A DNA stretch of 60,719 bases, filler included. It is 8 parts of 8 records of this genome, joined end to end, with 100 filler letters (N's around TTAATTAATTAA, not from the genome) between each part and the next. Parts side by side here need not be neighbours in the genome. Positions count along the whole stretch, not along the records: positions 43,256 to 49,978 come from SRR31147125_59734; positions 50,079 to 55,299 come from SRR31147125_59784; 6 more parts are not named here. The stretch is one strand, 5' to 3'. A model generated the notes under the pieces. It was given only the letters and a program-made list of their open reading frames with translations. It did not search any database and was not told the DNA's origin. A program made the translations under genes and the position numbers. Shown here in pieces: positions 45,131-54,338 of this stretch; position 1 is the first letter of the stretch; each line of letters opens with the position of its first letter.

Positions 45131-45961
45131 ATGGCAAAGGAAACGAATCAGCTGGCATACAGCATGCCCATTATAGCCAGGGCAAGGGGTTACCGCCTCT
45201 ACGACCTGAAGGGCAGACGCTATATCGATCTCTATCAGAATAACGGACGCGCCATTCTCGGACATCGACCCGACGGCATGTCTCAGGTGATGAAATCGAC
45301 CATCTCACGCGGGCTGCTGGCGGAGTATCCATCTGTCTATGATGGAAGACTGGAAAAAATCCTGAAACTGATGTTTCCCGAGTATCTCTTTTTTCGCCTC
45401 TATGCCAATCGCGAACGGACCCTGGAAGCACTCTCCAAGGCCGCCGGAACCCGCATCACGCAGGACCAGATCATCGACCCGGCGCTAAGCGATTCTACCA
45501 AAGGTAAAGTTTCCTACTGGCGCCCATTTCTGCCTGAAAAACGATACACCCACGATATGCTGCTGCCGATTATGCCGTTCCCGGGCAGTTTCGCCCCCGA
45601 TATTGTCTGCATCCGCAGCAAAGCACTGGCGTCCAAGATGCCATCGGGCGACATGCTCTCCCCGTTTCTGATTGATACCCTGGTGAAAACCGTCTCCCAA
45701 CTGATTCGGGAGATGCACAGCCCTGTGGGGAAAGGTTCGGAATTTCAACGGCTTATCGATATTTTCACGTGGGAACGTCGCGGTCCCTATATTTCAACAG
45801 GAATGGAACAGGTTGGATACATAGAACTGTTCAAGAAGGCCCTGGAAATCGGCATTCTGCTGCCGCCGGGTGAAAACTATCCCATCATTATCCCGCGAGA
45901 ATTCTCAGATGGAGAGATTGCCGGATTAACAACATTTGTCAGATCGATGACCGGAACCTGA
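45131..45961 (+). CDS. Short class-III aminotransferase-like protein
   Basis: N-terminal RARGYRLYDLKGRRYIDL...ILGH and C-terminal LFKKALEIGILLPP resemble the GSA/class III fold, but the protein is only 276 aa. Confidence 0.6.
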   Translation: MAKETNQLAYSMPIIARARGYRLYDLKGRRYIDLYQNNGRAILGHRPDGMSQVMKSTISRGLLAEYPSVYDGRLEKILKLMFPEYLFFRLYANRERTLEALSKAAGTRITQDQIIDPALSDSTKGKVSYWRPFLPEKRYTHDMLLPIMPFPGSFAPDIVCIRSKALASKMPSGDMLSPFLIDTLVKTVSQLIREMHSPVGKGSEFQRLIDIFTWERRGPYISTGMEQVGYIELFKKALEIGILLPPGENYPIIIPREFSDGEIAGLTTFVRSMTGT

Positions 45962-45973
45962 CGGTTGGCAAAT

Positions 45974-46180
45974 TCATTCATCCTGAATGGTAATGGCATG
46001 AGCAGGACAATGCTCCATCGCTTCCCGTAATTTGAAACGCAGCACATCATTTTCCTCTAGCTGAACTGTACCGTTTTCATCTACGCGCGCGCTATATCCA
46101 TCAAGAAAAAAGATTGATGGCAGACTCTCTTTGCAGAAGCCGCAGCCGATACAGGCTGATTTGTCTATGTGGATTTTCAT
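45974..46180 (-). CDS. Single-cluster ferredoxin
   Basis: CIGCGFC...CPAHAI. Confidence 0.9.
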   Translation of the reverse strand: MKIHIDKSACIGCGFCKESLPSIFFLDGYSARVDENGTVQLEENDVLRFKLREAMEHCPAHAITIQDE

Positions 46181-46513
46181 GCAGTACTCCGGTCCGGGCC
46201 AAGGTCAGAATCATCCGTTACTGACTTTTCACTGGAAGCAGCTTACCCTGGCGCTTGATACCTTTCACTAGAACATACTCAATGATACGTCTGCAGGCAA
46301 GCGGGAGAACAGACACCTTCTTGTACTGAGAATTACTGCTTGTTCTTAGTCGCAGCATTAATAAAAAAATCGATATCCATTCTCTAGAATGATGGGAAAT
46401 ACAAACATTATAAGTAATTTACTGTATAATGTTGGGAAAAGTATACATAGAAATTGTTAAAAATTCACTGATAAGTTGACAAATACCATCATAAAGAGAA
46501 TAATAACCTTATT

Positions 46514-46863
46514 ATGATGGGAAATAACGACAATAACTGGGAATCTATGAGTGATCATGCTCTCATGAAGCAAATTGGTTTATATGTGAAGAAAAAAGAT
46601 TAGAGTTGAATAGGACACAAGAACAAGTTGCATATGATGCTGGAATGAATCGATGGACACTAAGCCAATTGGAAAAAGGAGAATCAGTAACACTAGTGTC
46701 ATTAATCCGGATTTTGAGAACTCTCGGATTACTTAATTTCATGGATTTGTTTGTAATAAATGATTCAATAAGTCCAATTGAGTATGCAAAGCTGAAAGAG
46801 AAAGAGCGAAAAAGGGCACGTAATAAAAAAGAGACGAATGGATTTGAGGACTTGGAATGGTAG
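46514..46863 (+). CDS. XRE/HipB-like HTH antitoxin; apparent frameshift near 46595
   Basis: MSDHALMKQIGLYVKK(K)RLELNRTQEQVAYDAGMNRWTLSQLEKG...KERKRAR. Overlaps the hipA start. Confidence 0.8.
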
Positions 46864-48160
46864 ATTATGCATATGTAAATATCTGGGATACATTGGTTGG
46901 TGTCGCCAGATGGGATCAACAAATGGAAATCGCTGATTTTCAATATGATAAAAAGTTCCTGGAAAAAATTGGGACCTTTCTCCATTCAAAATGCCGATTA
47001 GTGAAGGAGACCGTGTTTATAGGTTTGAAGAACTGAAAAATATAAAGGAAAATCAAGAAAGCGATGCATTTAAAGGATTACCCGGCCTGATTGCCGACTC
47101 ACTTCCCGATACATATGGAAACCGGTTAATTGAGAATTGGCTGGCAAGAAACGGCCGTGCTCCCAATAGTATGAACCCGATTGAAAAATTGTGTTTCATA
47201 GGTAATCGGGGCATGGGAGCATTAGAATTTGAACCCGCTCAGATGAAGCAGAATAAAAATACGTTTGCTATCGAAATTGAAAGTCTCATAGCTGCGGCAC
47301 AAAAAATCCTGTCAGACCGAGAGGTCCTAAAAGTAAATATTAATGAAGATGAAAAGCATGCGATGAGAGAAATCTTGAAAATTGGTACATCTGCCGGTGG
47401 AGCAAGGCCTAAAGCTGTTATTGCTTTTAACAAAAAGACGAAAGAAATAAGATCCGGGCAAACTAAGATTCCTGCGGGGTTTGAACATTGGCTTATAAAG
47501 CTTGATGGAGTAAGCGGTATTCAATTCGGCAGCAGTCATGGATGGGGCAGAGTTGAATATGCATATTACCTCATGGCAAAAGAATGTGGAATTAATATGA
47601 CTGAATGTGAACTATTTGAAGAGAATGATCGTGCGCACTTCATGACCAAAAGGTTTGATAGGCAGAATAATACTAAGCATCATATACAAACTTGGTGCGG
47701 TATTCAGCATTTCGATTATTCACATATGTATTCGTATAGCTACGAACAGATGTATCAAACGATGCGGTCACTTCGACTTGGCTATCCTGATGCTGAACAA
47801 ATGTTTAAAAGAATGGTTTTTAATGTCTTAGCGACTAACTGTGATGATCATACCAAGAATTTTTCTTTTCGCTTGAAGAAAGGAAAGAGGTGGGAATTAG
47901 CTCCTGCCTATGATATCTGTTTTTCTTATGATCCGACGAATAAATGGGTTAACCAACAGACATTAAGTATAAATGGGAAGCGCAGTAATTTTGTCCTTGA
48001 AGACTTCATAACCGTAGCAAGTGCTAACAGTATTAAGAGAAGTGAAAAAATAGTAGAAAATATCAATTATACTGTAAAGCATTGGACCGACTTTGCAAAA
48101 GAGGCAAAGGTGAATGAAAAGTTGCGTAACCACATTCAGAAGCATCTAAGAACATTCTAG
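46857..48160 (+). CDS. hipA: HipA-family kinase toxin; apparent frameshift near 46965
   Basis: MVDYAYVNIWDTLVG N-terminal domain, GLIADSLPDTYGN, RGMGALEF, GTSAGGARPK, KRFDR, NCDDHTKNFSF, LAPAYD. Confidence 0.9.
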
Positions 48161-48239
48161 GGTATCATCTGCTTGCCCTTTCCCCTTAGCGCAGAAAAGA
48201 TTTAAATAACAGGTTGACAGTTGCCGAAATATCATTTAT

Positions 48240-48275
48240 GTTACTACTTACAGAAACGTTACTATAAACAGTAAC
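48240..48275. promoter_or_regulatory. Tandem 18-bp palindromic operator upstream of trpB2
   Basis: GTTACT-N6-AGAAAC immediately followed by GTTACT-N6-AGTAAC, just downstream of TTGACA (48214). Confidence 0.55.
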
Positions 48276-48313
48276 AAATAAAAAAACAGCATAAGGAAAG
48301 TTTGGAGGAAAGT

Positions 48314-49708
48314 ATGGCATGTAAGGTAAGAGCAATTTTAAATCAGGCGGATATGCCGACGAAATGGTACAATCTGGGATCCGAACTACCCATGCCGCCG
48401 CTTCCCTATCTGGGACCGGACGGGCAGCCCGTCACCCCCGATATGATGGCCGCAATTTTCCCGATGAACTTGATTGAACAGGAAATGTGCCAGGATACCG
48501 AAGTCGATATCCCTGAGAAAGTACTCAATGTACTGGCAAAATGGAGACCCTCTCCTCTGCACAGAGCCGTCGGTCTGGAAAAAGCCCTCGGAACACCAGC
48601 CAAGATATTCTTCAAAAACGAGTCGGTCTCACCGGCTGGAAGCCATAAACCCAATTCTGCCGTTGCGCAGGCCTACTACAATAAAGTAGCAGGTGTAAAA
48701 TGCATGACCACGGAAACCGGTGCCGGACAGTGGGGAAGCGCGCTGGCATTTGCCACCAGCCAGATGGGACTTGAATGTAAAGTCTACATGGTACGTATCA
48801 GTTTTGACCAGAAACCCTACCGCAAAGTAATGATGCAGACCTGGGGTGCCGATTGTGTAGCCAGCCCAAGTAACGAAACAGAAACAGGCCGCAGACTTTT
48901 GGCCGAAATGCCCGATACTCCGGGTTCACTCGCCATCGCGATCAGTGAAGCCGTGGAAAAAGCCGTAAGTGATGAAAAAGGAGAAACACGCTACGGACTC
49001 GGCAGTGTGCTGAATCATGTTATGCTGCACCAGACCATAATTGGTCAGGAAGCCAAAAAACAGCTGAAAATGTTTGGCATCGATAAACCGGACGTAGTAA
49101 TCGGTTGTGCCGGCGGCGGCAGTAACTTTGCCGGTCTGGCATTTCCGTTTATGCGCGATAAAATCAACGGAGCAGATATCGACATCATTCCCGTTGAACC
49201 CGCATCCTGCCCAAGTCTCACCAAGGGATCGTTTCTCTATGACATTGGCGATATGTCCGGCATGACACCGCTGCTGCCGATGTATTCGCTCGGACACACC
49301 TTTATCCCGGCTCCGATCCATGCCGGCGGCCTGCGCTATCATGGCATGGCGCCGCTCGTATCCCAATCCGTTGTGGAAGGCCTGGCAAGACCAATGGCCC
49401 TTGATCAGCTTGAATGCTACGAAGCAGCCATGACCTTTGCCAAAACAGAAGGTCTCATTGTCGCTCCGGAAACCAGCCATGCGGTTGCCGCTGCAATCCG
49501 TGAAGCCAACAAGGCCACGCAAGAGGGCAAGGAGAAGAGTATCATTTTCAACCTGAGCGGACATGGCTTAATGGATCTGAAAGGATATCAGTCCTATATG
49601 GCAGGTGAGCTGACCAAGCATGAACTGCAGGATGAGGAGATTGAAGGATATCTGGCAGACGTCAGGGGATTCCCGAAAGCCGAAGAACGCAAATCCGGCA
49701 AATGGTAA
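48314..49708 (+). CDS. trpB2: TrpB2 (tryptophan synthase beta-like PLP enzyme)
   Basis: SPAGSHKPNSA, TETGAGQWGSAL, PGSLAIAISEAVE, LGSVLNHV, GGGSNFAG, IHAGGLRYHG, FNLSGHG. GGAGG RBS. Confidence 0.95.
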   Translation: MACKVRAILNQADMPTKWYNLGSELPMPPLPYLGPDGQPVTPDMMAAIFPMNLIEQEMCQDTEVDIPEKVLNVLAKWRPSPLHRAVGLEKALGTPAKIFFKNESVSPAGSHKPNSAVAQAYYNKVAGVKCMTTETGAGQWGSALAFATSQMGLECKVYMVRISFDQKPYRKVMMQTWGADCVASPSNETETGRRLLAEMPDTPGSLAIAISEAVEKAVSDEKGETRYGLGSVLNHVMLHQTIIGQEAKKQLKMFGIDKPDVVIGCAGGGSNFAGLAFPFMRDKINGADIDIIPVEPASCPSLTKGSFLYDIGDMSGMTPLLPMYSLGHTFIPAPIHAGGLRYHGMAPLVSQSVVEGLARPMALDQLECYEAAMTFAKTEGLIVAPETSHAVAAAIREANKATQEGKEKSIIFNLSGHGLMDLKGYQSYMAGELTKHELQDEEIEGYLADVRGFPKAEERKSGKW

Positions 49709-49807
49709 TAAGAAAATTTACTTGGGAAGTTTTTGATTATAATTATCAAAAAACTTCATATAGTGCATGTGCGGAACCATTGGTTCCTGATTTCGTATAG
49801 CTTTTTT

Positions 49808-49842
49808 AAGCCCCGCAGGGTAAGGTGCGGGGCTTGTTTTTT
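49808..49842 (+). terminator. Intrinsic terminator
   Basis: AAGCCCCGCA-loop-TGCGGGGCTT followed by GTTTTTT. Confidence 0.75.
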
Positions 49843-50353
49843 CATGCCATGCACTGAACGAAAGAATGTGGAAATATAGCTTGAATTTTTCGTTATTTGC
49901 CCTACGGCATCACCATATTCACGTACTTCATTAACTCATCAATCAAGTTGCTGCCATCATTAATATAAAAAACCCAAANNNNNNNNNNNNNNNNNNNNNN
50001 NNNNNNNNNNNNNNNNNNNNNNTTAATTAATTAANNNNNNNNNNNNNNNNNNNNNNNNNNNNNNNNNNNNNNNNNNNNATGTGAAGAAAAAGAGCACCAA
50101 GCCAAATGTGAAGCTGGTACCGGCTGCTTGAAAACAGTACAATAGTGCTTTGTCCGGACATACTCACCCTGGGTACTCGATGATATGGAATGTGACCGTT
50201 TCCATTGTGTCCGGACACTCATTTTTTTGTATCAAAATATTGCATAACCCCTTAGATCGGCCCGGCGCCGGTGGTGATCCTCATGATATTGAGTTTCATT
50301 TTTTCCGTTACGCTACCAAGTGACATTTTTAAAATCCCCCTCCCAACACACTT

Positions 50354-50397
50354 GGACAAGCTATCTCAGAATTTTGGACACTCTATCTCAGAAATTT
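50354..50397. repeat. 44-bp element (2 x 22-bp GGACA..TATCTCAGAA.TTT), copy 1
   Basis: GGACAAGCTATCTCAGAATTTT GGACACTCTATCTCAGAAATTT; 43/44 identical to 54295-54338. Confidence 0.92.
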
Positions 50398-50424
50398 AGA
50401 TGAGCTTCTAATTTGTGTTTCTAA

Positions 50425-50985
50425 TCACATGGCAAGATAACGATACAACGTTGCCTTGCTGACATCCAATGTTTTGCAGATATCGAGGATTCCCATTGTT
50501 TTATCTGCATGCATTGTTTTGGCGGCAATAACTTTGGGATCATCTTTTTTGACCGCCTTTCTGCCGCCTTTTTTTCCTCTTGCCCTGGCTGCCTTCAGAC
50601 CGGCTTGTGTACGCTCTTGAATCAATCGACGCTCAAATTGAGCCATTGAAGCAAAGATGTTAAAAACAAGTTCACCCGAGGCCGATGTGGTATCAATAGC
50701 TCCGTCCTGAATAGATTTGAAATCAACACCTCTTTCCCTAAGATCATCGACCACCTGAACCAAGTGAATCATTGACCGGCCCAATCTATCGATACGCCAG
50801 ACCACCAATGTGTCTCCCCGGGACAATGCAGCCAAACACTTATCAAGTTCAGGGCGATCTGCTTTAGCACCGGATACCTTCTCTTTAAATATCTTGGTGC
50901 ATCCCGTCTCTTCCAGGTCAGCTATTTGCATATCAAGGCTTTGATCTTCTGTGCTTACCCTTGCATATCCAATTGTTCTTCCCAT
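50425..50985 (-). CDS. Serine resolvase/invertase-family recombinase 1
   Basis: IGYARVSTEDQ, EKVSG, GDTLVVWRIDRLGRS, AQFERRLIQERT..GL.AARARG..GGR, HTH VSKATLYRY. GGAGG RBS before ATG 50985. Confidence 0.95.
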   Translation of the reverse strand: MGRTIGYARVSTEDQSLDMQIADLEETGCTKIFKEKVSGAKADRPELDKCLAALSRGDTLVVWRIDRLGRSMIHLVQVVDDLRERGVDFKSIQDGAIDTTSASGELVFNIFASMAQFERRLIQERTQAGLKAARARGKKGGRKAVKKDDPKVIAAKTMHADKTMGILDICKTLDVSKATLYRYLAM

Positions 50986-51017
50986 CTCGCTTCCTCCATT
51001 CAGTCGCAATTATTATA

Positions 51018-51158
51018 AGTCTCATAAAAACAAAGAGAGCATGAGTTGTCAAGACTTTATTTATGAGACGAAAAAAAATGAGACTTGAAGACATGCATAA
51101 AATGGTTTTTCGATGTGGTTGAGTCTCAAGTCTCATAAAACGACCGTTTGATGAGACT
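51018..51158. promoter_or_regulatory. res site of recombinase 1; crossover site I at 51129-51158
   Basis: Repeated GTCTCAT/ATGAGAC arms. The distal site AGTCTCATAAAACG-AC-CGTTTGATGAGACT has the 14-2-14 inverted geometry of resolvase site I. Confidence 0.8.
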
Positions 51159-51322
51159 CCATTCTTAAACCACTATTCAATGAAAGAATGATTGAGGAAT
51201 AGATTTGTATCCAACTAATTCGCTCGAACTAGCCCTAAACTGCCAACGTGATTTTTTTTCTTATCAATGATATGATTCCGGAATTAATTTGATCAGCTCT
51301 AACATGCAAGGGATCATTATCA

Positions 51323-52588
51323 ATGCTGCAATATAAAAATTTATCCTTTGATCGGGAATCAATTCTTAAAGAAGATGAGGCAACTTATCAGTCCCGAAGC
51401 TCAGGAAAGACGATTGAAGCCCCCAAAGATTATCGTCTCATAGACTTGTTCTCCGGTGCCGGCGGAATGTCATTGGGTTTTTCAAGCGCTTTTAATCAGC
51501 CTTTTTATTCGGTATGGGCAAATGACTTCAATAAATTCTGCGTTGATACGTATAACAAAAACTTTGGTGAGCACTGCATACATGGCGACATCGTAGAAAT
51601 TCTCGAATCCGGTGAAATTGAAATACCTGATGCGGATGTCGTGATCGGCGGCCCTCCATGCCAAGGCTTCAGTCTACTTAATAAAAAAAGAGACAACGAT
51701 CCCCGAAAAAAACTATGGCGCCCATTTCTTGAAGTTGTAGAAAAAAGCGGAGCATCCGTTTTTGTTATGGAGAATGTCTCGCAACTTCTCGGTACATTGG
51801 AACATTCGGAAATCGTGGAAACCGCTCAAAGCCTCGGATTTAAACTCTCATATGACAAACTGATAGCTGCCGACTACGGTGTTCCTCAAACCAGAACAAG
51901 GGCATTCATTATAGGATGCAAATTTGCCGATCCTGCGCTACTCTTTCCCCCGCGTAAGACTCATTTCAATCCCAAAACAAACGGCAATGCCAAACAGGCA
52001 ACCCTCCCATTTAATCGTGAAGAGTTTCTGCCTCAACCTCGAAGGTGGCGAACTGTAAAAGATGCAGTAGGTGATCTTCCCAGCCCCGTAGGAACTGCAA
52101 TCAGAGACATTCCTCCACCACTTGATTTACATTTTGGAAGAAATCCCACAGAATTAAGCCGAAAGAGATACCGAGCAATTCCTGAACAAGGGATGAACCG
52201 TTTCGATCTTCAACGAATTGCACCGGAGTTGACTCCAAATTGCTGGATCAAAAAGAAGTCAGGGGGAACCGACCTGTTCGGCAGGCTATGGTGGAATCGC
52301 CCTTCGGTAACGATACGCACTGAATTTTTTAAACCGGAAAAGGGGCGTTACCTGCATCCTGAGCAACACCGCCCCATAACCCATAGGGAAGCCGCCCGCT
52401 TTCAAAGCTTCCCGGATAATTTTCAATTTACGGGATCAAAAATTGAAATTGCCAAACAAATCGGTAATGCAGTCCCTCCCTTGCTGGCTACCCGCATTGC
52501 CGATGTCGTCCGGATACTTCTTAACCGACACCATGACCAATGGATATCTTCACAAAAGAAAAACGAACTCAAATTATGTCGCGTATAG
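51323..52588 (+). CDS. dcm: DNA cytosine-5 methyltransferase
   Basis: DLFSGAGG, GGPPCQGFS, ENV, YGVPQTRTR, REAARFQSFPD, QIGNAVPP. Confidence 0.96.
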   Translation: MLQYKNLSFDRESILKEDEATYQSRSSGKTIEAPKDYRLIDLFSGAGGMSLGFSSAFNQPFYSVWANDFNKFCVDTYNKNFGEHCIHGDIVEILESGEIEIPDADVVIGGPPCQGFSLLNKKRDNDPRKKLWRPFLEVVEKSGASVFVMENVSQLLGTLEHSEIVETAQSLGFKLSYDKLIAADYGVPQTRTRAFIIGCKFADPALLFPPRKTHFNPKTNGNAKQATLPFNREEFLPQPRRWRTVKDAVGDLPSPVGTAIRDIPPPLDLHFGRNPTELSRKRYRAIPEQGMNRFDLQRIAPELTPNCWIKKKSGGTDLFGRLWWNRPSVTIRTEFFKPEKGRYLHPEQHRPITHREAARFQSFPDNFQFTGSKIEIAKQIGNAVPPLLATRIADVVRILLNRHHDQWISSQKKNELKLCRV

Positions 52589-52956
52589 GCGGCAAAAACA
52601 CCAAGCCCGAATTAATTGTCCGTTCATTACTCCACCATATGGGTTACAGGTTCCGGCTTCACAGAAAGGACTTACCGGGTAAGCCGGATATCGTTCTGCC
52701 CAAATACCAAACGGTTATTTTTGTTCATGGCTGTTTCTGGCATAGCCACCCCGGATGTAAACGATCAAAACGGCCGTCAACCAATGTCGAATTCTGGAAT
52801 AAAAAACTAGACAAGAATATCCGGAGAGATAAGGAAAACATCTTCGCTCTGGAATCTTCCGGATGGAGAGTTTTGGTCATCTGGGCTTGTGAAGTAAATG
52901 ATATGCACCAACTTGAAACTACCCTCACCGCATTTTTGGAAAAGAATATAATTTAA
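52540..52956 (+). CDS. vsr: Very short patch repair endonuclease
   Basis: MDIFTKEKR..IMSRI..KNTKPE, DLPGKPDIV, FVHGCFWH, GWRVLVIW.CE. Confidence 0.96.
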   Translation: MDIFTKEKRTQIMSRIGGKNTKPELIVRSLLHHMGYRFRLHRKDLPGKPDIVLPKYQTVIFVHGCFWHSHPGCKRSKRPSTNVEFWNKKLDKNIRRDKENIFALESSGWRVLVIWACEVNDMHQLETTLTAFLEKNII

Positions 52957-52969
52957 GAAAGTAATCAAC

Positions 52970-53881
52970 ATGCAGTCGGAAGAGATAAGAAGGCAATTAC
53001 AAAAGTTATTGAGTAACTTTGAGCAGGAACTGAAATCAGGAACACTGAGAGCCAAGGTTCTATCCCTTGTGCCGTGTTTTAACCATTTACGAGACTTGGG
53101 AAAGTCACTGATTCCTGCTTCGGTTGCCAAAAATGCACGAGATAGGATCCTTCATTATTTCATGAATTACCCCAAGATGATCATTAGCGGGGATGAACTT
53201 CTTGTGGTTTCCGGTATCCAGGAATATGCAAGAAGGGTAAGAGAACTTAGAGTACAGTTCGGCTGGTCCATTGCAAGCGGTTTGACTGCCAAACAAATGG
53301 CAAAAGAAAACGAGTTTTCCATTCCGGATATCGATGTTTCTTCCATGGGACCCTCGGATTACATCATGCTGTCCACAGAACAGGATAGAGACGCGGCTCA
53401 TCGTTGGAACCTGGCGAATGAAATAAGAAGGGAGCCCATCGGGGTAAGGGATAAGATCCTCACTTATTTTCGAAACAATGTCGGTCAAAAAGTGACCGGT
53501 GAAGAGCTAAAATACCTTGCAAAGGATAAATCCGAATGGGGGCGAAGAGTCAGAGAGCTACGTACTGAGTTCGGCTGGCCGATCGTCACTCAAAGTACAG
53601 GGCGCCCAGATCTTGAGGTGGGGGTATATATTCTCGAAGCAGACCGCCAGAGCCCTGAGCATGATCGGAAAATACCGGATCCGATTAAAAGAAAAGTCCT
53701 CCGAAGAGACGGCCATAAATGCACAAAATGCGAATGGTCTCATAAAGAATGGAACCGCTCCGACCCCAGACATTTGGAATTGCACCATGTCAAACCACAT
53801 GCAGAAGGTGGTGCCAACACCGAGGAAAATTTGATTACAGTCTGCACAGTTTGCCATGATGAAGTTCATCGGAAGAAATGA
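52970..53881 (+). CDS. HNH endonuclease, probable type II restriction enzyme with duplicated N-terminal DNA-binding domain
   Basis: RD.IL.YF.N...G.EL...E(Y/W).RRVRELR..FGW.I occurs twice. C-terminal RRDGHKCTKC...LELHHV..H..GG....ENLITVCTVCH. Operonic with dcm-vsr. Confidence 0.85.
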   Translation: MQSEEIRRQLQKLLSNFEQELKSGTLRAKVLSLVPCFNHLRDLGKSLIPASVAKNARDRILHYFMNYPKMIISGDELLVVSGIQEYARRVRELRVQFGWSIASGLTAKQMAKENEFSIPDIDVSSMGPSDYIMLSTEQDRDAAHRWNLANEIRREPIGVRDKILTYFRNNVGQKVTGEELKYLAKDKSEWGRRVRELRTEFGWPIVTQSTGRPDLEVGVYILEADRQSPEHDRKIPDPIKRKVLRRDGHKCTKCEWSHKEWNRSDPRHLELHHVKPHAEGGANTEENLITVCTVCHDEVHRKK

Positions 53882-54190
53882 AATATAGCATATTTGAGGT
53901 CGGTGCGAGTCCGGAGGACCGGAGATTAAATCCATATTCCTAACCGGGGAACAGATCGCACTCATCATCTATCGGGGAGATCCGGAACAGGCATCAATAA
54001 ATTAAGATTGATCTCCCTCCAACACTTCTCGAAAATTTCTTTTTAAAAATTAAAATCCATTCGAATTTTTGAGCTCTCCCTGTGTAGGGGGAGATGTCAA
54101 ACAATAATCACTCACTCATCACCTTTGTCTTTATGTATATTTTGAATATTCGTAACCGGAGGTTCGGCATTCGAACCTCTGGGAGGGAAT

Positions 54191-54204
54191 CGTTTGATGA
54201 GACT
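54191..54204. repeat. Exact copy of the right arm of res site I
   Basis: CGTTTGATGAGACT is identical to 51145-51158 and in direct orientation. Confidence 0.9.
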
Positions 54205-54294
54205 GGTAACTCCACAAACCAACTCCAACATCACCGATCGATCCCCGACACCACCCGGCCGGATCCAGTACCGCCACGCGCTCCGACTAAGTTC

Positions 54295-54338
54295 GGACAA
54301 GCTATCTCAGAATTTTGGACACCCTATCTCAGAAATTT
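54295..54338. repeat. 44-bp element (2 x 22 bp), copy 2
   Basis: GGACAAGCTATCTCAGAATTTT GGACACCCTATCTCAGAAATTT, followed by ...TTATCGACA (TGTCGATA on the minus strand). Confidence 0.92.

Noticed and set aside
43907-49564. Long antisense ORFs (43907..44527, 48926..49564) and similar overlapping ORFs elsewhere
   Set aside because: Shadows of well-supported genes on the opposite strand.
50079-50222. Partial ORFs at the left edge of contig G (+ strand ...KPNVKLVPAA* ending 50131; two minus-strand alternatives)
   Set aside because: Too short to choose a frame or assign a function.
54148-54190. tRNA-like fragment (TTCGTAA, GGTTCGAAT) as an integration site
   Set aside because: No T-arm or acceptor stem pairing on either strand; it is a simple hairpin.
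50354-54338. 22-bp repeats as a CRISPR array
   Set aside because: The units abut with no spacers, there are only two per site, and no cas genes are present.
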